Source of the DNA: Selaginella moellendorffii
Taxonomy: Eukaryota; Plantae; Lycopodiophyta
Assembly (NCBI RefSeq): GCF_000143415.4
Contig: NW_003314427.1
Span: 1 to 64,000 of the forward strand
Direction of reading: 5' to 3'
Length of the DNA: 64,000 nt
Shown here: one piece after another, positions 39,366-55,700 of the stretch
How positions within the stretch are numbered: position 1 is the stretch's first letter
Layout of the letters: each line of letters opens with the position of its first letter
Notes under the pieces: generated by a model
What the model was told of the DNA's origin: nothing
The model's database searches: none
Seen by the model: the letters and a program-made list of their open reading frames with translations, nothing else
Position numbers and translations under genes: made by a program

Positions 39366-40370
39366 ATGTCTAGCATGGTCGATTTCCTGGGGATCGAGGA
39401 GAAGGTGTCCACCAGCGTCAGCGCCGAGAGGTTGAAGAAGCTGGAGGAGCTCACGGACGAGGACGTGATGCAGCTCACTCGGGAGGATTGCCGGCGCTAC
39501 CTCAAGGAGAAGGGTATGTGAGATTCTTGTGCCTGCAACGCTCTCGACGAACTTTTTCAAGAGTTTCGTTCCAGGAATGCGTCGTCCGTCTTGGAACAAG
39601 GCCCAGGCCGTGCAGCAACTTCTCTCGCTCAAGAGCCTGTGCGATCCTTCCCCGGCTTCCAGTGGAGCCGCCAAGAGGAGCCCATCTCCGCCGCTCGACG
39701 AGGCTCCAGCGAAGAAACCCATGGCAATGTACGTGGAGTTTTACTTTCTCTCTAGAGAACTACTTGAGCCTTCTTCTTCCCTTTTGGTTTTGGTTTTCTC
39801 CTCTTTGTCTGTCTCTCTTTGGGTGGCAGGACAAGCATCGATCTCAAGGCTGCCGCTGCTGTGGACGCCGCCAATCTTACGATGTTTTATGATGGAGCAG
39901 TGTCCGTGTTTGACGACGTTTCGCCAGACAAGGCATCTCTTTTCCCTTTGGTTTTGCAACTTCTAGAGAAGTTCTTGTCATAGGCTTATGCGATCATGCT
40001 CCTGGCCGGGAATGTGAAGTCGTGGCCTTCGATCAACGTTGCTGCTAACACCAACAAAGTTGTGATCTCTTCTTATGGTACGAATTCACTGCTTGGGCGA
40101 TCTTAACACGTTCGTTTTGTTTGTTCTCCCAGAGTTGCCACAGGCGCGAAAGGCATCACTCCAGCGTTTTCTTCAGAGACGCCGTGAGAAGTGAGTAGAC
40201 TCTCTCGCTCTTTTCTTGGAACCGTGACGATGTTTCACAGAACTGCGAAAGAGGCAGCATCCAAAGGGAACTCTAATAAGTCGCCTTGTCATGGCGAGAG
40301 CTCGGGGAAGCACGCATCGGATGCTACTGATCCAGCCACTTCTCCCTTGCTCACGGAGGTCTCTTCCTAG
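39366..40370 (+). CDS. PPD: PEAPOD (TIFY4) transcriptional regulator
   Basis: PPD domain LTDEDVMQLTREDCRRYLKEKGMRRPSWNKAQAVQQLLSLK, TIFY LTMFYDGAV and Jas-like RKASLQRFLQRRREK; includes a GC-AG intron 39933-39983. Confidence 0.93.
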
Positions 40371-40660
40371 CTACACCTCCACGATACGTCTATGCCTTGG
40401 ATGAACTTCCTGTCTTTGATTCTATTCTAAGCTGACCTTTGCGATTGTCATCGAATTCTTTCTTTCCAAAAGTTCCTGTAGACTCACCTTTACTTTGTGA
40501 AGAAGTACACGATAAGCTCTGACAATTCAACATGGAATTTCATGTGTATTCCATGACATTAAATATTTGGTTTCGATCTCTCGTGGAGAAGTTATGGAGC
40601 ATCCTGAAAAGTAGTTTTATTCACAAAAGAAGAACTAGTGCTGTGCCACATCAAATCCTT

Positions 40661-43353
<2,693 letters not shown>

Positions 43354-43798
43354 GGATCCAAGATCTCCAACACCAGCCCTAGCTAAATGATCCCAAATAT
43401 TTTTTTAGGGTTGTCAAGATAATAGGAGATTCCACGCGTCCAGCCATAGAAATGCACAGCAAAAAAAGAATTTAAAGGTTTGTCCTGCAATTGGTAATAA
43501 ACGTGTAGATCAATCTTGAACCGTTGGATGTGGACAAGTTTTCCCTCCAAATTTTCGTGACAAGCCCTAGTAAAGCCCTAGAGATATAGAATAGAATGGC
43601 GGGCGTGATGGCACGATCGGTCACTTCCATCGCCTCGATACTCGCCGCGCCAGCGATCCATATCCATTTGGCGCGGCGGCTGGGGTTTCGAGGCTCCTCT
43701 GGCGGCTGCTTCTCCGCGGACAGGGCTCGATCGCGCAAGTGTTGGAGCCTTTCGCGAGGTAAGAGCTAGGTTCAAGAAATTTTTATTTTCCTGCGCGG

Positions 43799-46500
43799 GT
43801 GTCTGCGATCCAATGGAAGTCTTTCCAATCCAGCGCTCTTTTCAATCTCATTGGGATTACGTCCGACACGCAGCAGCTGAGCTTCGTGGAGAAGGTGTTG
43901 CTCACTCGAGCCGATCTCTTCAACACGCTGGCTCCTGGATCGATCAAGTCATCTTCTAGCGGCCGCTGGATCCTGGAGCTCTCTCTTTTGGACAGCTCCT
44001 TTCTAGCCACTGTGGGTCTTTTACGGGAGCAAGCGTATAGTGGCCGAAGCTCTTCTCCACCACTGTCAACTTCCAGACGAAGAAGTAAAAGCCCTTCGAG
44101 AGGATTTGCTATTGCTTAGACTCTATGGAGCACTCTCCGTGGAAAAGCTTGTGCTCTTCTACTGGCACCCGGACAAGAAGTTCTCGGCTGCACGACGGGG
44201 TGACTTATCTTGCAACTTCATACGTTACCTCCTGGATCTCTGCCACACGGTCTACTGCTGCATTGACGTTAAGGATGGCAATGGGAAGTTGGGACCGAAG
44301 AAGAACCGGACACAGAAGCTGCAGATATCCATTGTCAGCTTGTCGGAGAAAGATCTCGCGGTGGTTCGAGGCTTCGAGCTGCGGATGACTTCCGGTGTTT
44401 CTTCTCCTCTCTCGAGTGGAGGTTTCCATCGGTGTGCTCTGCTTGTTCCTGAGAAGTACACTCCTGCGACCAAATACCAGGGTGACGAGTGGACCACAAG
44501 TGACGTTCCAGGGAAAATGAAGGAGTGGGGGAATGTCGGCCTCGCCTTTAGCCAGCTCAGTGAAGATACGCAAGCTGTGTTGAGCTTGAAGGCTTCAAAG
44601 ATCTGAGCACGAAGCTCAATGCGGTTGAACAACGGAGGTCCTAAGAGAACTCTTCAACAACGAACAGCACCTGATGGTGATGAAGATGGCAGTGTTGAAG
44701 GTCTTTGCAGACCGGCTTATGGCTTACCTGAGGCGACACTGTCCTTGGGAAGAAGGGATATATTCGAAGGAGCATGGTCAAGGTGCAGCTTTTCAACTAA
44801 GCGGTCCCAGTGTTTCTCGACTACACGAAAAATTCTGGCACGTCTACCACGGATCAGGACAAACGAATTCTGAAGACTCTGGAGTCGAGGCTGAACAGCG
44901 TCTTGACAGGTGATAGCAGCCGGGGCTTCATGCTGTTCGTTGGCTCGAGAGTGGTATTTGATGGCGAAAACACTTACACCAGACGGAAGTCTGGCACCCG
45001 AGAGTCCGGGCTCGTGCTGTATGGAGAATGGCTTTCCGGAACCAATGACAATGGTTCACAATGCATCTTCAAGCTCACTAGCAGTGGTTGCGACAAGAGT
45101 CCAGTGTTCAGCAAAGGCACTTTTACGTGCACCGTGGACAAGCACTTCTGGATCTTCTGGAGAAGCAGCAAAAGCCACATCAAGTTCGACACTGTGGTGT
45201 CTGGATTCTTGACTTGGCTTGGCTTCCATGGCAGTGTAGGCCTTGAGGGAGAGGCTCGTTTGCTGAATTCGTAATCAGCCACAAAGCAGAGCTCGGGATT
45301 CTCGAAGCAGAAGATTAGGTACTCTTCACAGTTGCGCTCGCAGGCAACGATCTCCTGTTCCCGTTTGTGACGAGGAATGCCACTCTATGCGAGAAAATGT
45401 GGCACGAGATATTGACGGGGGAAGAAAACACAGAGTTCGTGGCGGGGAATGCAGTAACTTCCTGGGCGGGTGTAATCTATGAGCACAGGCGACTTAAGTT
45501 TCTGAGAGACGTTTTCGAAGACGTGGACGAAGTGTTCTTGAGAAAAGTCCGAATTGGTGGCAGAATACAGGTCGGAGCTCTCTAAACCCGGGGCCTCATG
45601 CCCGACAATCACGATTACTCACTGCGAGAAAAGATACAACGGCCAAGTCAGAGTTATGTTCAGGTGAAACGTACCTCAGAACGAGCGCGTGTCGTGGAAA
45701 GCAGTCGAGCTCGTACCCGCAAAGAGGACTTGGAAGCGCAGGCCCAGAAGTTCGAACATCTGATTTTTCCGAGGTTCGCTGAGCAGCGGGAATTTTTCGA
45801 CATGGATTCGTCTCAGTTCATGCTCCTCAAGTCAGGCCAGGTGCTTGTTTTCATCAGAGATGTCCTAACTTCCCGTCTGGACATACACCTTATCGGCTAC
45901 TTTGGAGCACGTTCGACTGGACCGCCGAAGACATTCAACAGAGGAGCGGATCTTCTCGCGTTTGACGAGTCTTTGAGGCTTCTAGCTCTCTGGAACTTCC
46001 TTCTTTATCGATCAAAGTTTTCAGATTTGGCGAGTCGTTCCGGGAGTTAACTTCGAACGGAGTCACCATTCAGCTTGGGGGCTATAGGGGCAGCAGAGAC
46101 ATCACCTGGATGGAGTTTGTACCGGGCAAAGAGGAACTTCTCGTCACCGACGTAACACGCTGTGTTCGGGTTTTTGAAGTGGTGCAGCCTGCCATGATGA
46201 AGGCTCGAGTCATCCAACTTCCGCCGTCCTTTTTGGGGCCTTGTTTGACGTCGGACGGGCTCTGCCTGCTTGCAGTGTGCGGAAGTCCTTCAGAAGATGG
46301 GGTGGCACTTTCGGCTGAAGTGCATAGGCTAGACGACAGTTTGGAACATATGAAAACCGTGGATCTGGGACTAGCAGTCCGAGACGGGAATAACTTCCAG
46401 CTCGCGACTTATCCAGCGGCTGGAGGTTGACAAAGGGAAAGACTTCTCGTTTCAGCCTTCAGTTCTTTGGAGACGAGGCTGCTCAGATCGAGCCGCAGGG
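43799..46500 (+). pseudogene. Relic of the N-terminal part of a giant fungal-type protein (full-length family members recalled to carry C-terminal GBP-like GTPase and vWA domains)
   Basis: Collinear fragments in shifting frames: FVEKVLL..TLAPGS..VG(F)YGSK, LFYWHPD..NFIRYL, LLAFDESLRLLAL and FVPGKEELLV..RVF..SDGLCLL; intronless with many stops. Confidence 0.55.
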
Positions 46501-46599
46501 TATATTTTAAGTAAAGAAAGATCTATAGTGGTTATGTTTTTCATCTCCACTTTATTTTGTAAATTCAAAAAAATTGGGAATGAAGAGAGATAATTTTTT

Positions 46600-49500
46600 C
46601 AAAGTGCATTATGAAATTATAAAAGAAAATTGCCATCTTCCTTGGATATCAAGGCTAGCTCTGAACATGCTAAACTCCATGAGATGCTGCAAGCTAGATT
46701 ACATTTCGCTCAATTAGTTCATGTGTTTCTATCAATCTCATCCAGCATAGTCAGTGTGTTGTGCTGTAAGTCTTCATCACTCAGAACAACATGGGCAAAG
46801 TCATTGAGCTTACATTGAATCTCTTCAAAGTGAGAGTTTGTTCCTGTAGGAGATTAAATGTGAAGTTAATCCTTATGTATGTTGAGTGGCATTAGTAATA
46901 GCATTGCTTACCTTTGATTTGAAGCCCTCGCCAGCTTCTCCTGGACAAAGTTGGCCACCTCTATGCTCGTCCTCTTGCCGGATGAGACCATACAAGTGCA
47001 CGAATTGCACGAGGAGGGACAAGTACCAGATGCTGGCTGGGAACGATGAGATCGTCAAGGATGAGTGATTGACCCACAAGAAGATCCATGCAAAGGTGGC
47101 AGAGAGGAGATTTCTAGAACTTTTTCAATGCTGGCAAGGTGGCAAGATCTAGAGTGTTCCAAAGCTGCAAGCATAAAGTATTAACCTTCGAAGTGTATAA
47201 TTGCAGCAAAATTATGAGTAATCTAGAAGAAAAAAAAATAGTAAAGGAGGTAAAAGCATTAAATATGGAAAAACCTCTTCATTTTTATGCTGCTCCAATA
47301 AGAAGCATATCTTCCATCTTACCTCATCCTCATGAAATCCTCATCCCCTCATTGGAGAAATAATTGTCATCCTCCACATATTGATTCTCTTCATTGCTGT
47401 GCTTTGGATCTCTGGTCACTTGGAGATGGATTCATGGCCACCTTGAGCTTCTTGAGGTGCTAACTCTTCTCAGGACAATAGCCATAGCTCACTCCCATAG
47501 CATAAATGCAAATTTTCTTAAAGATTGCAAAAGCTTCATGATGAAACACAACAAGTAGAAAAATCGAAGCAAGTAACAAAAACCATACAAAAACTCACAA
47601 AAGAGATCAACTAAAAGCTTTCACGAGATGTAAGCAAAGGAGTGTCCGTTTTATAATTTCTCACAAACCTCTTTCGCAGGATACTATCAACTTTGGGACA
47701 CTTGGGAACATGACATCAGTCTGAGCAAAGAAGTAATGGTCTAAACTTTTAGGTTCTTTAACAATATTTAATGTAACACAAACTTCTTTCCAGGACTTAT
47801 ATGAGTTGAATAACGAACTCTCAGGAGTGTCCAGTTCGTGTAGAAGATACACTTGGCAAACAAGTGGAAAGTTCCAAAGGATGCATTGGTCCAGTGAAAT
47901 TTCCATAGTATGGTATATGTAATTACGTTTATTTAGTTTTCTTCCTTTAACTAATAGACTTCCCAAACACGAAAAGGAGATTAGCTCTACAGCTGGATGG
48001 TGTTTGGAATTGTGATCAAAGGTCGTGTTTGTGGGAATCAACCATGGTATGAGCAATGTTATGCAATTTAAAACCCTTGTTTCCATTTCTTTTGAGATAT
48101 TTGATTGTCAAAAGTAGCTATGAAGGTGATCATTAAGGACCAATACCTACCAAGTTTGAAATTTATCACAGCTAGCTAGTGTTTCATTTGAGAATGTTAA
48201 GAAGCTCAAGGCTTACTTGAAGCAATTGCATCCCCTTTGCCCACGCTGTAGTGAACAAGAAAACTTTGATTACTTCAACAATCATTGTGCTGTCCAATGC
48301 TATTATAGGTGTTGTAGCAACACACATCACAAGTTCATATACAGTGGCACCATGAGGCCCAAGAAGGATTGCAATGTCGACATGAAACACCCCAAAAAGC
48401 GGACCAAGAAGCAGCAGCAGCAGCAGCACAAGCCAAGCAGGCCTGATAGTGGCAAGAAAGACATAGTGTTGGTGAGTCAAAGCTCTAGTAGCGATCAGTC
48501 ATTTCCAGTCAGCAGTGAGCTCTAGAGTTTGATTGAGTCTCTCATAAAAGATAGGGAAGATAGGCACATGTCCCAACACACATGTGGCACAAGTGGGGAG
48601 AAAGTCCACATAAATTCCAGTGAGGAGGATGAGGGTCTCAAGGAATTTGTCAAAGATTTCAAGGTTGATGAGGGGGATGATAGTGATCTCTTGTTGGGTC
48701 TCCATGGAGTGAAAGAAAGTAGCGATCCACAACAAGCCCAGGATCTTGTACCTGACCTGGACAGTTTTGCCATGGAGTTGGAGGAGCAAATTGAACTAGT
48801 GGATGAAGAAGAATGTGACTTTGCTTTGGAATTGAAGGAGGAAATAGAGCAAGAAACTGCAGTAGTGAGGGAGTAAATGATGTTGGTGTGGAAGGATGAG
48901 GTGAAGAAGATCAATTGTAAATAGAGACGACCTGATTTCCAACTCAAATCGTGGGGGTGCACAAAATCTTGTGCTAATTCATTAGCAAAAATGTCATTTC
49001 AACAAATATATTTTCATAATTTTATTAACCAATAAAAATGTGCCACATGTGCTGGTGAAGTACCGTCAACGCGTACTCGCTCATCTTGTGAAGGTGAACC
49101 TAAGCAAAAATCCCTTCCATCACCAGGGACCAAAGCAACACACACGCATGAGTGCTGGCGCAGCGAAGCCGCTGAGATCGCCATTCAAGAACCCTAACAA
49201 AATGCCTGTCTATGGAGGAATGGAATGCTCTGATCGATGCTACCGCCACGTGAAGAAGTTCCAAGCAGCGCGCTGGGATTTCCGATGCCATGCGTGGTCG
49301 CCGTAGATGCTGTGGATCACGGCTAGAAGAGAAAGCTCACTGCGTTCTCGTGATCTTCGCGATTCTCTTCCGGAAGGACAAGTGGAGGAATGTGCTTTGC
49401 CACGTTCGTGACGCTCATGGTAGGATCGAACTTTCCCAATGGCCATCTTCTCTTCTCGTGGATGATCCTGGATCATGGCATCCGCCTCCACTACACCTCG

Positions 49501-50400
49501 GTCGTCTATCTCTTGCGAAAAAACCATCGCCCAGTAGAGGCAAAGGTGTTCCAAACTGGGATCTCGCGAGCAAGACAATCTCGGGTCGAAAATCCACCAG
49601 CTGCTTTGTGATCTTATTCATGTTCATGATAATGAATGAATTGTCATTTTTCTCGTGACTACGCGTGCTTGCTTTCCTCTACCGAAGGTCGCTCGCTCCT
49701 CGAGTATTTCTTGTGATGGTCTGGGGATTTTTGCATGCGCAGCTGGATGGATTCCAGAAAGCTGCCGACACTCGAGATAGCATGTGGCGGTGTATCTGTA
49801 AGTGTTCGAATGGTTTCGCGCAGCATCCCAGCTGGTGAAGAAAAATCGGGTAAGTCTGTACTTCCCTTTCTTCCTCCACGATCCTGACAATTTGTTGGTT
49901 TGAATCACAGTGCCGACTTCACGTGCTTGCGAACAAGAGGGGCATTTCGTTTGCCAGTGCTTCCATGCGGGTCTGTCAATGGGAACCATGATTGCTGGGT
50001 ATGTGCTGTTTTCTTTTCGTTATCTTCTGAGTTTTCTTCTCACATCTTGTCATTTGATCCAGGGCCCGTCGCTCTTTTCCGTTGATAGCGAAGGTGGAAG
50101 AACGAAAGGAACTCTCGTTGGCTCTAGGTCTACTTAACGCTTATGGCACGTACGAGCGATCTACCACGCGTGGAGTCAGCGGAGGAGTTGCGAGCGGCAA
50201 GCTTGTTTCTTTTGTTTTTTATGATCTGAGCTTGTTTGCTTCCAGTTTATCACATTTGTCCCCAAAATCTCCAGTGACAGTGACGATGTCAGTGAACTAC
50301 ACTATCAGTACTATCCTCCGGAATCTGGGCAATATGGAGTTGTGTAGGAGGTGGAGAGCTTGGATTCGAGCCAAGATTCATGATTTTAGGCGCTGAGAGC
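46600..50400. other. Mosaic of decayed TE and spliced gene fragments, unidentified
   Basis: Cys-rich fragment 48217-48525, acidic fragment 48529-48876 and exon-like pieces with GT/AG borders at 49200-50400; no coherent ORF. Confidence 0.25.
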
Positions 50401-51259
50401 TGCAAGATATCCACATTCTTATATCCGGATACGTGCTTGTCAGTTCAGTGGTATTTTTTTGAGAGTTTTTGCAAAGATTTTGCATTTTTCTTTTCAATGA
50501 AGTAGATGTATTTTCGTCCAATATTCCACAAGTTTGAGCTCTTTTGAGCTTCACATTGCCATTATTTATGGTTTGTCTTAAAGCTTGTTAAATGTGTTTG
50601 ATTGTCTCTCATCTTGGTCATCTCCTTGTGTTAAGTGACTTTTGTTGAGCCGAGAGCTAATTTTGACACATAGTGAGTGAAGAGCAGAATAGAGCATGTG
50701 GGAGCAGTGCTCTTTAGTACCTGGCAAGCACAACATACAAGATTTGGCAGTTTATTTGGCTCTTTTTATAAGTCCCAAGACTAAACATTTGTGGTGACTT
50801 TGTGTGTTTCATGCTTGTCCACCCAACTTTAGCTAGTTTGAATGTTAATATAATTGTTAACTAGCAAATCTTTGAATGTAACACAAAACACATAATTTAA
50901 TTATTAACACCATCTTTATCAATATCTAATAAGATATAACTAATCACCAACCATTTGAATCATTATATATGGAAAATTTAACTTTTTTTAATATACCCAT
51001 ACCTATGAAGAAACATCTTATTTCATTTCAATCCCAAACTACAATTCAAAACATATTAATATCATAATAAATTATATAAAAAAGTGAATCACCATATCCA
51101 AGACTCAATGCAATCTAACACCACAAATTAAATGCAATAAAATAATATCAATAAAGTAGAATTGATATGCCAATATAAGAAAACCATACAAACTTGTTTT
51201 TTGTCTTACTTTCAACATAGCCAATGAGGTTTTTTAGAATAAAAAAAAAATTAAAATTT

Positions 51260-51500
51260 AAAATAAGATTCTATATAAGGCTATGTAACCATTTGAAAGG
51301 AAAAAAAAAACAATTATTGATGTAAGCTTGTTACATATAAAATAAGGACTTGGTCATCCTCCAGAATACATTCTTAAGGAGTTTGTTATAGCATGGTGTC
51401 TAGAATTTATAAATCTTCACTTGCACTCTCATTTGAAAATAGAGAAATGTATATAAATATCTATGGATTTTAGTGTTGGTAACTTTAATTTAAGTAAGGT
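51260..51500 (+). repeat. Uninterrupted paralogue (empty site) of the repeat flanking the 3340-5063 insertion
   Basis: Aligns to 3180-3339 joined to 5069-5135, with a single TTGCA at 51421-51425. Confidence 0.8.
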
Positions 51501-51599
51501 TTTTTTTGCCTATACTCACATTTTTGCCCCTACCTTCAAAATAATGATAAACAAATAAAGACCAAAACATAGAGAAGAGAAGAAGATAAAAAGAATGAA

Positions 51600-54500
51600 A
51601 AGAGAATAGAAGAAAACTTAACCTTAAACCCTAAAGGCGTGAGTAAGGATAAATATATGTGACTCTCTTAACTTTACTTTGCACAAATAATCATAAGTAG
51701 GAATTCAATACAAATGCATATAACAATGAGTGGGGGTTTTTTCTAGTATATTTAAATGCTATTTATATACTATATGATTTTATAACCATTCTTAATTGAT
51801 TCTCGCTTATTTATGATGAACATTGCCTAGATTTGATCTTTCTTCTTTAGATGCCTAAGCTTAGATATAACTCTATAGCTATATTCTAACATGCAACTAT
51901 GGTAGATCATATTGACTCCAAACACATGAAAACCCTTCAAAGAGTGTAGAGTGTACCTCTATTGCTAGTGCTAAGTGCTAGTAACTAAGTGAAATAGTAA
52001 AACTCTAGAAAATAAATTGGAAAAAAAAAGAAAAAGGGTAGGTGTGAAGTTTGAAGACAAAGATAAAACCTAATGGGAAACCTTGTAGTCAAACTAGACC
52101 TTGATGTAAAAGAAAAAATGAAGAAAAGTGTGAAAAGAAAAGAAAAATAGAAGGAAAAAAAGTGAGTACCCAAAAAATTTAATTCATACTTGGATTTAAA
52201 GTGTAATATGCAAATGTAACCTCATAATAACTTTAAGTATGCTTTAAGGATTGGCCAAAATCAAGAAAGAAAGAGAGGTAGAAAAGGGCATGCATTGCCT
52301 AAGGGAGGTAAGTGTAGAAATGATGAAAGATGGAGTGATATGGTGGAATGCCGAGATGGTGGTGGCACTCTAAGAAGGTGGCCATTTTTAAAAATGTCAG
52401 GCCTATAGTCTGATATGTCAGATTGAGGAAAACCATAGCTAAAATGGATGGCATAGTCACTAGCTCATTGGTAAAGAAAGTTGCATGTGTCCATTAAGTG
52501 TTGGAGCAAGAGAAGATGCCTTTGGCTTCTATAGCCTCCCCTAAGGACCCACCTAAGTGCCTTGAGTGAATAGGTTCACCTGGTTGGAAGAAAGTCGCTC
52601 TAAGAAAGTTAGTATGTCGTTGGCAAATGGTTGTAATCATATCTCAAAAACAACATGTCCAAATGAGGTGATGTCTTTTGCTATTGGTGTGTGTATGTAT
52701 GTCCATAGTATGGTGTAAATATGACTTCAAACAGAGATGTGGATGATGGTGAAAGAATGAAAGATGCAAGATAGGCATCTAAAAATAAATATGCGCAATG
52801 CTACTGTGAGTGATTAGTGATGGATCTGTGAGTGTAGATGATATAAAATGTATGGAATAGAGTAATGGTAAGGGAAGGGCCAAAGAACCTAGAATATAGC
52901 CTAAGCCAAGTGAGGAACCTCCATAACAATGGCAATGCAGCCTGAGCATGAAATCCAAGGCAAGAGCCATGGTCCAATGAAGAAACACCTTCTGAAAATA
53001 AGAAAAGAAACTATGAAAGTAAAGTGAAAGAAAATAAGTACATGAAAAAGAAGAGAAAAGGAATGCCTCACCAAATGAAACATTTGAAATAAGAGTGGTT
53101 GTGAGCATGTGGGAGCTTATGTCCATTAGCATCTACTAGCACATATGCTCCACCTCTAATGTGTCATTAAACATAGTAAAGCCAGTCCAACAAGGAGATA
53201 ACTTCAAAGCTGGCAAAGGAGAGAATGTTGTTATCAAACTTGGGGCCTTCATCCCTTGCTCTCTCTACTTCTGATGCTCTGAGTGTGTGATTTCCAATGT
53301 AAGGACTGAAGCCAAGTATTCTGCTAATGAAGGAAGATCCTCCACTGAAGTCAAGTCTAAGTTTGGGGCTAAATCTTCAATGTAATACATTTGGGTCTAT
53401 ATTGGGGGCTCCACAGTAGAAAACTCTGAATTTAAAGAACTATAACTCACATGCAACACGTCTGATTGGCTTGATTTTTGCTGCCAGCTGTTTGCCTGAA
53501 TGTTACCTTTTGTCTCCAAAAAACGGCATGGCAAAATATGCCCAGAGTCGTTAGGTAAAGCAATTTTTGTGGGAAGATGCTAGCTGTGTGACACTTTAGA
53601 TAGTTGTTGAAGAAAACTAAATTCGGCTGCATAGAAGTCCATCCTCAATCAGGAAACACTCCAAAAAGCTAGATGTGGAAATCGACACAATGTAAGCCTT
53701 GCCATCAAATAAAGAGGGTGTGGCTAGAGGCTTGGCCTTACTCTCAAATAAAGAGAGTAAGGTTGAGAGATGTCTAGAGCTGTCTGACTCACCTCCAACA
53801 ATGTTGATCACATTGCATGAGAAAGCGTCCATCGCATAAATGGTCGACCCCACTACCAACTAAGGGAAAATCTCTGTAAGCTAAGGAGGAAAGTATGCTG
53901 TGGAGACCGTCTTAACTTGAGCCTTCTAGGCGAGCTGAAAAATAGCTCTACCATAGGTGTTGAGAAAGTTGGTACTATGAATTCCATCATTAATTTCCAT
54001 CTTGCCTTTTGCACTGTCGATAGTGCAATAGACTTGCCATGAGTGGCCGAGGATGATAGAGTCCTTTAAAGAGGACTTTCCAAGATGCTAGTAGTCAACC
54101 ACGAGGAAATCTATTACAGAAATAACACCCTACATCGAGACCTTGACACCATAGCAAATGCCCGCTAGAGGAACAATGTGATTGGTAAAGGTCTTGAGCA
54201 CGATGGAAGAGCTTTTAGTGATCTACAATTGTGCTAAAAGGGCAGTTTCAAGCAAGATAATGTTGCTCCTAGAACCAAAGTCAACCAAAGCATCCATCTT
54301 ACAAGAGGAAGTACAAATCTGCACCGAGACAAAGAATGGACCAAGATCTCCACTATATCTTGTCATGTCGACAATGTGCACCTCTTGAGGAGTCCTAATG
54401 AGGGTGCTCTGTGGTGTTCCTAATCATGAAAACTCCTCCAAATGCTAGCCGAATCTAGGGACAAGACACAACATTTCTTGGAGTGAAAAGGTGATAGTAG

Positions 54501-55700
54501 TGTCAACTAGTTGTTGAAGAACTAGTTCCAAAACATGAATAATTGTTGGTGAGATCCTAGGAGGAGAGGAGAGTAGCAACTTGAAGGGGAGCTTTCAAAC
54601 CAACTTTTGTGTCACTGGATAAAGATTCACTCTCAACCAATGCCAAGGGATCCACAAACAGGCTGAGCAGCCACCTTCTTTTTCTCTTGGGCTCGAGTGG
54701 TTGTGGTTTGCTGTTACTATTTGTAAAGTTCCTTAGCTACCAAAATCGTGTTGATCAATGAGGTTGATGCTTTGCCTTTGCTTGACGAAAGGGCTGCCTC
54801 GATTGCTTATTACTCCAATTGCATATTCAGATGTGTAGTTAGAAAGGACATATTGATCGAGCATATGATCCTTCTTGCTCATCATGATTATTTCACCCTT
54901 GTTGTCTAAGTGAAAAATCTGAGCAAACTAGGTGAGTCTAAAGGGATGGACTTGCTTGCAAAAGATAAATGTATACTCCATTGGGTACACTTTTATATGA
55001 GCTTAATCCTTTGCTTGATTGATATTTCTCCTTTAAGCAACTTTGCATAAGTGAGTAACCCAAAAGTATTAAGCCAAGATTTGTCACAGAGAGAAAGCAC
55101 AAGCTCCTTAGACAGCTTCACTTGGCTATAGTCAAGCTCTTTGTCGCTGGACTAGATTTCCTCCACATGCTCATTTTTCTTAGGCATTTATGCTATCTAT
55201 GAAGATTTATAGGCAAAACACTTACTGTTAGGTGACTGGGAGATATAGTGCGGTGTCGATAGAGGTGCCTAAGTGAGATCTTGTGTTAATGGCACTTCAA
55301 GAGTGGAGTTGACAGTTTGTGGCAATGGCATGGGGACAAAATCACTTTACCCAATTGAGGGTGTGTTTGATTTAGTAAGCTACAGTGATGGTGTTTGCTC
55401 TTGCACAGCTCTAGGTGGCATTTGAGCTGCCATACAAAGCTTTAGAGCTATGCTTGGAGTGTTGGCACATCTTGATGGAGGTGTAGGCGTAAGTATAGAG
55501 TGAGTGAGAGGGAAAGAGCGAGAGAGAAAAAGGAGCTCCTTAGTTACCTTTAATTTACTTAGGTCGTCTTGCTTTAATATGTTAGCTCTAAGCTTCAAAT
55601 CTTTTTGCCTTTGTTTGCTTTTGTAGGCAAATATATTGTGGAATTTTTTTTTCCTTTATTGGCCTAGTAATCTTTGCTCATTAATCTTTGTGGTTTGCTA
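51600..55700 (-). mobile_element. Old decayed Ty3/Gypsy-like remnant
   Basis: Minus-strand aspartic protease relic KMDALVDFGSRSNII at about 54255-54300; otherwise stop-riddled. Boundaries approximate. Confidence 0.55.
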
